Assembly: GCA_963695345.1 (NCBI GenBank)
Contig: OY968769.1
Location: forward strand, 384,001 to 448,000
Length of the DNA stretch: 64,000 bases
Reading direction: 5' to 3'
Source: an uncultured Methanomassiliicoccales archaeon
GTDB lineage: Archaea; Thermoplasmatota; Thermoplasmata; Methanomassiliicoccales; UBA472
In this document: piece after piece, positions 13,206-22,505 of the stretch
How the letters are laid out: the number at the start of each line of letters is the position of its first letter
How positions within the stretch are numbered: the first letter of the stretch is position 1
Notes under the pieces: generated by a model
Told to the model about the DNA's origin: nothing
Databases searched by the model: none
What the model saw: the letters and a program-made list of their open reading frames with translations, nothing else
Position numbers and translations under genes: made by a program

Positions 13206-15407
13206 TCAACCCCTATACCGATACTTGCCCATGGGCACTCGTATCTCAAAGCGCGCGCCTTCGCCGGCCACGCCGTTCTCGATGATTGATATGCGGGTCA
13301 TGTTCAGGATCTCCTGGATGAGGAAAAGCCCCAGTCCGGTGTTCTTTCCATAGCCGTGCAGGAATATCCTTTCCTTCTCTTCCGCAGGGACACCGACCCC
13401 ATCGTCCCGGTACACCAGGACCAGCCCTCCTTCATCTTTCGTGCATTCAAGCCATATGTTCTTGACACGCACGCCATGCCGTACCGAATTGTCGATCAGG
13501 TTCTGTAAAACCTTCTCCAGCATCGGATTGGCGTACAACTCCAGGTTATTGCAGGCATCGGCGATCTGGACCGGATGGATGGTTGACAATCTCCCCACTA
13601 TCTCGTCCATGCGCTGCCAAACCGGGTCCTGCCCACTCAGGTCCTGCAGGTCGCTGGTAAGTTCAAGTTCGGAACGGATGCCCCTGACCGAGATGGCGGC
13701 CTTGGTCAGCAGGACGTTAGTATCCATGTCGGTCAGCCGCCGGGAGGCCAGCTCCAGATAGCCGAGCGCCGCCCCGACCTTGTTCAGGCAGTCATGCCTG
13801 GTGATGTTGGTCATCAGGTTGAGCTGTCGGTTCATCCGGCGCAGCGCCTCTTCGCTCTTCTTTCGTTCCGTGATATCGGTGAAGGTGCCCGTCCATATCA
13901 CCGACCCGTCCCCTCGCTCGGAGGAGGGAGAGGCCGTTCCCAGTATCCACTTGATGGATCCATCCAGATCGACGATCCTGAACTCCTTCTCCCATAGTGC
14001 CATGGAGATCATCGCTGAATAAACCGATTCCATGATCGGTTCGGAATCCTCATCGTAGATCGCCTCTATGATCCGACCTATGTCATCATACCATGTCTGG
14101 AGCGGGAGGTTGATGATCTTCTCCGCCCCTTTGCTGACGAACAGGAACTGAATCTTCCCGTCCGAAGTGATCTCCACCTGGTACACGATGTTCGGCGTCA
14201 GGTCGGTGATCATCTGCAACCGGGCCTTTCCTCCCTCAAGCTCCTCGGTCTTGGCCTGCAGGTCCTGCTTGATCTCCACCAGATCGGTGACATCGTCGTT
14301 CATCATTAGAACGTGGACCATGCCGTTGAAAGTTATGAACCTGGCCGACGTCATCAGATGTCTTTTCCGACCGTCGGATTGGGTGATGCCGGTGGGATAC
14401 TGGTCGATGGCACCTCCTTGCCTTGAGAGCTTGTCGGATAGCGCTTGATACTCGGAGGCATCGACATATCCCAGTTCGACCGGGGTCTTTCCCACGATGT
14501 CCACCTTCTTCATTCCCACCATTTCCTGATGCTTTTCATTGACGTCCACGAACCGGCCCTCGATATCGTTCAGGGTCATGGACAGTGGGCTCTTGTCGAA
14601 TAGGGAGTGATAAAGTTCCTCACTCTCCCGGAGTGCCTGTTCCGCCTTTTTGCGTTCGACGATGGAGCGGGTGGTGATGACCATCCCATCGACGTTGGGA
14701 ATCCCGAACATGTTCCTGCCGACCGCCTCCACTGGTATGTATTGGCCGTCGATCTTCTTGATCCGGAACTCGGTCGGCACGCCATCCTGACTGTTCTCCC
14801 TGACCAACCGCATCTCGTTCAACACGTTGCCGTGGTCATCGGGATGGATGATCTCCAGGGGATTCTTGCCCACTAGGTAGTTCTCGTCGTAGCCCAGGAT
14901 CCTCTCTATCGATGAAGAGCTGTAGACCACAATCCCGTTCTTGTCCAGGATGGTGATGAAATCGGACGAGTTCTGAACCAGGTTCCGGAAGCGGTTCTCG
15001 CTCTCGGTGAGCAGCCTCTTCGCCCTTCGGGACTCGTCCGACCTCCTAATCATATTGGCCAGCTCGGTGAACTGGGCTTTCGGATCACCCCCTTTCTGAA
15101 GGTAATAGCTGGCTCCCAGGTTGAGCGCGTCAACCGCGACGCTCTCCCGCCCCTTACCGGTGAACAGAATGAAGGGCAGGTCACAGTTCCGATCCTTCAT
15201 GGCCTTGAGCAATTGGAGCCCACTCATTGAAGGCATCTGATAGTCCGATACAACGACGTCGATCTCCTCAAGTCCGATCCTGGATAGGGCCTCGTGGGCG
15301 GAACTAGCGACAACCACCTCGATGTCCTGATGACCTTCAAGAAATATCTTGGTCAGATCGAGAAGGGTAGGTTCATCATCGACAACCAGGGTCTTGATCT
15401 TTCTCAT
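13206..15407 (-). CDS. REC-PAS(x3)-histidine kinase
   Basis: VVDDE, SDYQMP and FTGKG receiver motifs; PAS repeats; H-box TRHDCLN, N-box NSVRHG, DDGVG and GLGL. Confidence 0.95.
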   Translation of the reverse strand: MRKIKTLVVDDEPTLLDLTKIFLEGHQDIEVVVASSAHEALSRIGLEEIDVVVSDYQMPSMSGLQLLKAMKDRNCDLPFILFTGKGRESVAVDALNLGASYYLQKGGDPKAQFTELANMIRRSDESRRAKRLLTESENRFRNLVQNSSDFITILDKNGIVVYSSSSIERILGYDENYLVGKNPLEIIHPDDHGNVLNEMRLVRENSQDGVPTEFRIKKIDGQYIPVEAVGRNMFGIPNVDGMVITTRSIVERKKAEQALRESEELYHSLFDKSPLSMTLNDIEGRFVDVNEKHQEMVGMKKVDIVGKTPVELGYVDASEYQALSDKLSRQGGAIDQYPTGITQSDGRKRHLMTSARFITFNGMVHVLMMNDDVTDLVEIKQDLQAKTEELEGGKARLQMITDLTPNIVYQVEITSDGKIQFLFVSKGAEKIINLPLQTWYDDIGRIIEAIYDEDSEPIMESVYSAMISMALWEKEFRIVDLDGSIKWILGTASPSSERGDGSVIWTGTFTDITERKKSEEALRRMNRQLNLMTNITRHDCLNKVGAALGYLELASRRLTDMDTNVLLTKAAISVRGIRSELELTSDLQDLSGQDPVWQRMDEIVGRLSTIHPVQIADACNNLELYANPMLEKVLQNLIDNSVRHGVRVKNIWLECTKDEGGLVLVYRDDGVGVPAEEKERIFLHGYGKNTGLGLFLIQEILNMTRISIIENGVAGEGARFEIRVPMGKYRYRG

Positions 15408-15519
15408 TCGCCGAGCTTCCTGACATATTGTGTAGATTCAAGTCGATATAAAAACGTAGGAGCTATGAGTTCCGTCGATGAGATTACCATCGTTCATTCA
15501 ATGCAATTATCCCATTCCA

Positions 15520-16380
15520 CTAACAACTCACTGAATCGTCGATCTTGGAACGTTCCGGTTTATGTGCCCGCGCCTTCCATTTCCCAGAGATCACCCTTTC
15601 GATCTCGGCCACCATTTCCTCAATGCGGTAGGGTTTAGGCATGACCCCGCTGAATCCATAAACGATATAATTGGCCATTACAGGATTATCCGAATATCCG
15701 GAGGACACTGTGGCCAGCGCTTCGGGATCGATGACCAACAGTCTCCAGTACCCGGTTGAAGAACAGGCTTTCCTTGGTCTCAACCGCTTGCTTGACCCGG
15801 GCTCGGTAGTTGTCCCCGATAAGGCGCATTTTCTCAGACTGGACAATGTCGACTTGATCAAGGACCGCCCACACTGGGGAACCAATTACAGTGGATTTCT
15901 TCATCCCAGTGATTGTCTCCATGGCCTGGTTCCATTCTCTGACCGCTCCCAGGTCATCCACAAGAAGGATTCCTTCCATCGACTGCTCGACGAAAGAACG
16001 GAAACGCTCCTCTGAATCGATAAGTTCTGTCTTAACCCGGAACCACTCACTCAGGTTCCGGATTATGGCGATGGTCAATCTTTCGCCGTTTTCCATCATG
16101 ATCGAATTCGACACCTCGACCGGGATGCGTATGCCATCCTTCGTACAACCACCCGGTCGAAAATGGTGTGACCCTGGACCTTGAGTTCCTCCATGTGGCG
16201 TTCTGACAATGGCTTATGGGTGTCGGAAAAATCTGAGATCTTGCGCCCGATCAGATCTTCCCGTCGATATCCTAGAAGTGCCCCGGCCGCTTCATTGGCT
16301 TCGAGGATGGTCGTGTCAGCCCTGTGTACAAGAATCGCGTCCCTCGAAGATTCGAAAATCGCTTTGGAGTAGTCGAGCAT
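15520..16380 (-). pseudogene. Collapsed PAS-PAS-[HK deleted]-REC hybrid kinase remnant
   Basis: PAS1 (ORF 16096..16386) and PAS2 (ORF 15686..16114), then an out-of-frame jump at ~15745 to a receiver C-terminus IDPEALATVSSGYSDNPVMANY..GFSGVMPKPY. Confidence 0.7.
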
Positions 16381-16547
16381 CGGCACTATCCGATTCCTGG
16401 AGCCAATATAGTGTATTAAACCAGCCCATCTCAGTTACCATATTTGATAATCCTCGGATATTATGCTGGCATCCCAATTTCTCAGAGGAAAAAATGATTC
16501 CAGCTGAACAGATCCGGAAATCGCCGGAGCTCAGATGTTGACAACAC

Positions 16548-17657
16548 CTATCCCCCCAGAAGACTGACAAGGAAGTCCCATAAAGCGGTCAGCACCGTGA
16601 AACCGCTGGCGAGGGCAAATAATAGCACAGCGATCTTCAACGTCGTTGGGGACAAGTTGATTGTTGTGGTCCCGTCCTCTAGTTTTTCAATGAACTTCCT
16701 ACCCAGCATGAGCTTGGGCGGTTCATACATCCGGCGCAGGTGGTTGTATATCACTGTGTCGGTATCCTCATGAGTCGTCTGTCCCTGGAGCTTGTAAAGC
16801 AGATATCCTTTCAACAACGCAATTAATCCCAGAATGGAGGATGCTGTGTCCTCGGGGTCATACCAGTTGCCATCTGCATCCTGATGTCTAACGAACCAAT
16901 CGATGATTACGTTCAACTTCGTTGGATCATCATAGGGAAAGTGGTCGGAACTGGCAAGAGCCCAAACTATCTGTCCGTTTGACCATGGCTCACCGGTCCA
17001 AAGCGTTTCCTCATCGATGGTGTTCAACAAGTAGTCCGAGGCCCTCTGGGCACTCTCCTTGAATCTTGCTTCATCTAGGAGGCAATATCCCTTTGACTTC
17101 TGCTTGTTGCATATCGATTGGACCACTTTGATGAAATATGCTGAGTAATGAGGGGCTATGATGGCCCCATTTGGTTCCTGGATCTCCATCAACCATCTTG
17201 CACCCTGGCATGCCTCATCCATGGCCAGATTGTCTCCAGATTCGGATATTGCCATAATGGCCCATGATGTCTCCCAGGGCTCATCTTCCCAATTTGGCCT
17301 TTTATGATAGTGGAAGACCTTCTTCAGGAAACCAATACCGCTCGTGATGACTGGATCGGTTGGTGGAAGCCCCATGCGGAGAAGGGCGATCAAGGCCATT
17401 GATGAATCGGAGACGTTCTCATCCCAAGAGGAAACATTCGGCTCCATTTCATGTTGTTGCGAGATCAGCCAATTCCTGACCGCAACAATCCAGGGGGAAC
17501 TCTTCGGTTCTCGAATGGTCAAAGCCATTGCGACAAGGGCTGTGTGGTCGACAAGCTTCCAATTTGCGTTACCTTGTCCTGCCAGGAAGAGCCATTCATA
17601 TCCCAGACTTACAGTCCGATAGACTTCTCTTTCGATATGGTCATCGGTCACGATCAT
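16548..17657 (-). CDS. Prenyltransferase/squalene-cyclase-repeat alpha-alpha toroid protein with C-terminal TM
   Basis: QW-like repeats (WLMEIQEPNGA, WFVRHQDADGNW, WLISQQ) followed by TAxxxxAL-type helices; SD GGGGTGA. Confidence 0.7.
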   Translation of the reverse strand: MIVTDDHIEREVYRTVSLGYEWLFLAGQGNANWKLVDHTALVAMALTIREPKSSPWIVAVRNWLISQQHEMEPNVSSWDENVSDSSMALIALLRMGLPPTDPVITSGIGFLKKVFHYHKRPNWEDEPWETSWAIMAISESGDNLAMDEACQGARWLMEIQEPNGAIIAPHYSAYFIKVVQSICNKQKSKGYCLLDEARFKESAQRASDYLLNTIDEETLWTGEPWSNGQIVWALASSDHFPYDDPTKLNVIIDWFVRHQDADGNWYDPEDTASSILGLIALLKGYLLYKLQGQTTHEDTDTVIYNHLRRMYEPPKLMLGRKFIEKLEDGTTTINLSPTTLKIAVLLFALASGFTVLTALWDFLVSLLGG

Positions 17658-18006
17658 TTCCGATCACCCCATCGTCCGATGGTTGAAATGAACTGATCTT
17701 GAAAAAGATGGACCGTTACCACAATATCTGCGAATCACCGGTTTGGTTGCTGTTGATGTTCGCTTGTGATCATCGAATATCAATTCGATCGCTAACGCTT
17801 TTGCTATTACAGATGACCTATCCAATTCTTTATCCCCCCACTAGTAGACGCCAGTCCGGTCGAACTGTTAGGCTCTACAAATATATATTATTCCATGAGT
17901 AATTAAAAGTTAGCCAATTCTATTGAAATCAGAAAATATTCCATTAATTTATCTTTGATATGTTTATGATTCTCGCTGAATGTTGATTCGATTGTAATGA
18001 AGGTTT

Positions 18007-18354
18007 TCACTCAATCGGGTTATCAACTGAGAATGAATCAAACCTCTCGTAGCAAAGAGGACAACGCTGGATAAGCATCCGCAATGACGCCTGCCGATCG
18101 ATGGTGATGTCCGGATACTGGTCGGTGGAAAAATCCAGAGGGCTTTGGTGCCTCATTCCCCTAGTGCTTATCTCCTCCGCCAATTCATCATGCCTCCGCC
18201 TGATGCTCCTGGGTTCGATGGCGTTTATCCGAACGTACCCTTTTATGCTACGCCCCAGTCTTATGTTACCTGCGATCATATGCAGTTCAGCATGCTCTCC
18301 CAGCAGGTGCTGTCTGCACATTATCCTCGGATCAACCATCCACATCCTGGTCAA
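18007..18354 (-). CDS. Pyrimidine-dimer DNA glycosylase/endonuclease V (DenV-like) family protein
   Basis: TRMWMVDPRIMCRQHLLGEHAELH...RHDELAEEISTRGMRHQSPL. Confidence 0.8.
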   Translation of the reverse strand: MTRMWMVDPRIMCRQHLLGEHAELHMIAGNIRLGRSIKGYVRINAIEPRSIRRRHDELAEEISTRGMRHQSPLDFSTDQYPDITIDRQASLRMLIQRCPLCYERFDSFSVDNPIE

Positions 18355-18422
18355 TGAATCCTCATTGGAGAGATCGCATCCGCTACATTTCTAAGGTTTC
18401 CTCCGCGTGTGAGGTTATCCAT

Positions 18423-21036
18423 TTACAGTACAAAGATGGTCATGGCAAAGTATAATACCAACAATCCTGCGAATGGGACCCCCCATAGCAGTTTCTTCCA
18501 GTTGTAGACCTTACGGCCATCCATTGGCTCGAAGGGCATCATCGCGTATGTGGCGGTCAGGAGGTTCATGGACGCCCCCAGGAACCCGATGGTGGCCAAT
18601 TGGCCCCCTAACGGAACCAAGGACAGGAACACTGCGAACACGGCAAAGCTCATCAACGGACCAGACCCATAGATAATGGCCTGTTGTTTCTTAGTCAATG
18701 ACCCGGCGTTGTTTATCCCTAACCTCGAGGGGGATGAATAGACCACCCCGAAAAGGATCGCCGTGAAGAACATGATGATCGTTCCCAGGAACCAGAACTT
18801 GTACTCGGTGATAACCCCGTACCTCCAGGCCATGTACCGGTGGGTAAGATCATGCAGGATGACCGCCAGTCCGGCAACGAACACATAGATCAGCCAGTCC
18901 GCCGCGGAGCCGAGATCGATCCTGTTGGTGATCATGAAGGCAAGTCCCAGGAAGACGGAGGTGTAGAAAATGACCGCCATCTCCCGTGCCGAGAACCCCG
19001 CGAAGAGAGGCATCCTATGTACCGCCACAGTATCCTCAGGCTCGACCTTGGCCACCTGTCTCCAGACCAGGGAGTGGGCCCGTCCCTTGATGTATCCGTT
19101 GACGAAATCGAAGACCTTGTCCAGCCGGAAGTACCGTTTGAGGCCGTTGCGGACCTGGTCCATTCCCCCGTTGTATGCGTTGGAAACGGTGGCCACTGCC
19201 TCGGCCGCCCGGGTGACCACAAAGACGCCGACAAAGGCAAGAGTGGTCCCCACCGCCACTGCCGCCACCGGGGGCAACGCCTGCTGGTATATGGTTGAAG
19301 AGGAGGTGGGAGTGGATGGTGATGGATGGATAGCCGCGATCCCGCCTAGCTTCATCACATAAAGATCGTCCTTTCCCGAGTTGTAGGCAAAGGTATTCCC
19401 GACACCGAGGAAGCCACCGTCAGCGGTCCTGACCCCAACAGAGCCAGATGTTGGAACTGTTAATCCATATATGCCCGCATAGGATATGTTTCCGTTCAGG
19501 TCCGTCCGGACTAGGAACAGCTTGCTCAGGGTAGAATTGAAGGATGCAGTCGAGCCTCCGAAAACAAAGCCGTCATCCAGGGGTAAGACCATGGAACCGT
19601 AGTCCTCGCCTGTTCCCCCGTAGGTTCGTTCCCATACGACACCGCCTGTAGGGTCGGTCCTTATCCCTATGATATCGTTTGCCCCGTGGCCCGCGGATGT
19701 AGTATGGCCGGTTATTACGAATCCGCCATCCGACATCTCGTCCGCCTCATAGCAGGTGGTGCTTCCCGTAACACCAAAGGTGTTGTTGTACAATTCTGTC
19801 CCGCTAGGATCCGTCCTGATCAGTTGACCTTTGGAGGTTGCCCCATAGGAGGAGGTCCAGCCGGTGATGGCGTATCCTCCATCCTTCGTTTGTATCACCG
19901 ACTTGGCCCAATCGTCGGACACACCGCCGTAGGATCTGATCCATTGTTGATTACCGCCCGCGTCGGTCTTTAGGAGGAACATGTCCGTGGCATGTCCTGA
20001 TACCGACAGGTAGCCGACCAGAGCGAAGCCGCCGTCGCTGGTCTGAATGGAACAGAATCCGACCTCGGATACAGCGCCATAGATCTTATCCCATTCAACC
20101 GTCCCATCGGAGCTCGTCTTGACCATCCATGCCCGGAAACCATTCGACGTAGATGTAGCCCCGCCGATGAGGAACCCGTTATCGGAGGTGTAGCAAAGGG
20201 AGTATGTCCAATCGCCGAGTGTAGTGCCATAGGTTCTGTTCCACAGCTCATTCCCGTTGGCATCTCCCCGTACCAGGAAAGCGTCATACTGACCGAGACC
20301 GTATGACTTGGTCACGCCCAAGGCGGCGAACCCTCCGTCATCCGTGGCGACTACTCCATAGCCAGTATCACTTAAGGCCCCACCGAACGTTTTCTGCCAG
20401 TTCAATGCCGGCGCCGCGTCCAGTGAATAGTAATCATAGTCGGTCGTTCCCTGCCATGGTGCTACATTTAACACCGAACGGACCTCCCCCATCGTTGCCG
20501 TTGTCGAAATAACTGGTGATATACTGGGAGTTGTGGTAGCAGGAGATATTGTTCCCGATCTTTACCATGGTCATGACATGCCATTGTTCCAGTTGAAGCG
20601 GGGCTGTCGGAATCTGGATGACCTTTGAAGAACCGACAGAGAAAATGTAGACGCTGTAATAACCGTCTAGCCAGAAGGTATAGGATTGGCGATCCGTGGA
20701 CAACGCCACACCGATGGTCCCACCGCCACCTGCGGTCCATTTTCCCTTGGTCTCAGCCCTCCAATCGGTGATTCCGGCGGAGATGTTGCTGAAGGTCATG
20801 TAATTGTCCTGACCGATTCCGCTCAGTGTGACAAGACCGGAATTGAACCCGGTTTGACCGGGGATCGCTATTTGCCATCCGGCCGCGACCGCCTCGTCCG
20901 TGGAAGTGTAGTCGAAATTGTCGATCCAATGGTAGCTTATCTGCTCGGCCTGCGCAGATGGCATCTGGCTGACCGAACATACTAACAGCACGATGGCTAA
21001 CAGTAATGCTTTCCTCAATGCCCCCCTCTCCCGCAA
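18423..21036 (-). CDS. Secreted ConA/LamG-like + beta-propeller protein fused to a C-terminal M50/site-2-protease-like membrane domain; frameshift at ~20490
   Basis: Signal peptide; WHVMTMVK lectin-like domain; repeats WxKTYGG...DGGF...G...D..G; C-terminal HDLTH, GSGP and MMPFEPMDG. Confidence 0.8.
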
Positions 21037-21285
21037 CTATATCGACCGTGTCCCCTTATTCGATATATTATAGTTTCGGGAGGTGCGGTTCGGGGTTGTC
21101 AGTGACGATCCGACTTCGGACTATCACCTAGCAAGGGATTCTTGGCTGCGAGGTCGAACGAAGGGGGACCAAATGCCCCTTGCTCGTCCGAAGACCTGAT
21201 GGTCCGTTCGATCAAATGGGTTTGCCTGGAGGCCATACAGTAAATGGCTCATTGAGAACCTCATCGGTTCTGTGCCCCTTCTGTT

Positions 21286-21755
21286 CTACCGTGTTGCCAG
21301 ATAATACCGCCTTGTTGCGGGAATGATCAGCATGATGAATATGCCGATACCTATCATGACAGTGAAATAGGTCGCCGGCCAGTCGAGGCCGATCAAGCTT
21401 CCTTCGACCGCCAGCCAGACCACGAGGACGACGGTAAGGAGAAGTCCCCCGGTCCAGGACCAATGATGTCCGGAGATCTCGCTGATCCTTAGCCAAGAAG
21501 GCCTCCTTGCGGGTGATCGCCCCGTACGCCAGGATGAACGATCCGATTCCATAGATGAAGAACAGGAACAACCCGACAAGAAGGAAACTCTTGAATGGGA
21601 CCTTCTCGACGATGTCGGAGGTGAATCCCAGTCCGCTTCCCGGTCGGGTCGCTGATCAGGAGCGCGCCGCTGATCAGACCAAGCGATCCATAGAAAACAA
21701 GCAGGGCTATCAGAACCTTTGAGCTGAATGGACGTTGCATATTCGGGTAGTCCAT
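21286..21755 (-). CDS. Multi-TM membrane protein; two frameshifts
   Basis: Hydrophobic segments continue across ORFs 21489..21755, 21212..21571 and 21286..21771. Confidence 0.65.
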
Positions 21756-21837
21756 GTTCCTTGAATATCATCGGGATATTTCAAAATCTCCCATAGGGCC
21801 AGTACCAGCGATCGTACCTGAATGGTCAGGGATCATG

Positions 21838-22269
21838 TCACTTCTTAGACCTTTTCTCGTTCTCTACCATTCGCTCCTTGACAAGCTTGGTGACCAAAGG
21901 AACCGGAAGAGGCTCACCTGACTTGAACCGGATGGTGGCAGTCGTCGTGTCATATGCGCTCAGCTCTTCGCGTAGGGCCGCCATCAGGGGCGGGCTCATG
22001 AGATGGAGGCTACAATGGTTCCTCGAGGCGGAGAAACCGACCAATGGCCCGTGATATATGAACATCGGGATACGGTAGTAGATCGACTCGGTCGCCTCCG
22101 GTGCCGCCGCCCTGATCGCTTCGCGGAGACCTTGGAGGAAGGTCCTTGCTTCCTCTGGAATCGCGGCAAGGTACTCATCGATGTCCCTTGCGGTCATGCT
22201 CTTCCACGGAGTGTCGCTGGAATCCTTATCCTGGTTTTTCCGACCTTCAAGCGCGCCATCGTCCTCCAT
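21838..22269 (-). CDS. DUF1801 (YdhG-like) protein
   Basis: IDEYLAAIPEEAR...LREAIRAAAPEATESIYYRIPMF...TIRF...PLP. Confidence 0.85.
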   Translation of the reverse strand: MEDDGALEGRKNQDKDSSDTPWKSMTARDIDEYLAAIPEEARTFLQGLREAIRAAAPEATESIYYRIPMFIYHGPLVGFSASRNHCSLHLMSPPLMAALREELSAYDTTTATIRFKSGEPLPVPLVTKLVKERMVENEKRSKK

Positions 22270-22505
22270 AGTTGATCGGATCAAATATGCTAAGTGTTCT
22301 GGTCCGTAATAATGGATTCCTAACAAAGGCGGAACTGTTCGCCCATCTGCTGTGGATTTTGAAATCCTTTGACCGAAAGAGGGGGACATGATCTATAATT
22401 ACGGGGTTGAGCAGAGGGCGGACCTCTCGCCCTCTCCTCATTCAAAGGCTGCGCTAAGTCAATCCCCCCGTTCGACCCCTTTGTCTGGGCCACAGCATCA
22501 TAGTC

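Noticed and set aside
19350-20420. Repetitive DNA as CRISPR or tandem repeat
   Set aside because: Repeats are degenerate protein-level propeller blades; no identical direct repeats with spacers were seen anywhere in the window.
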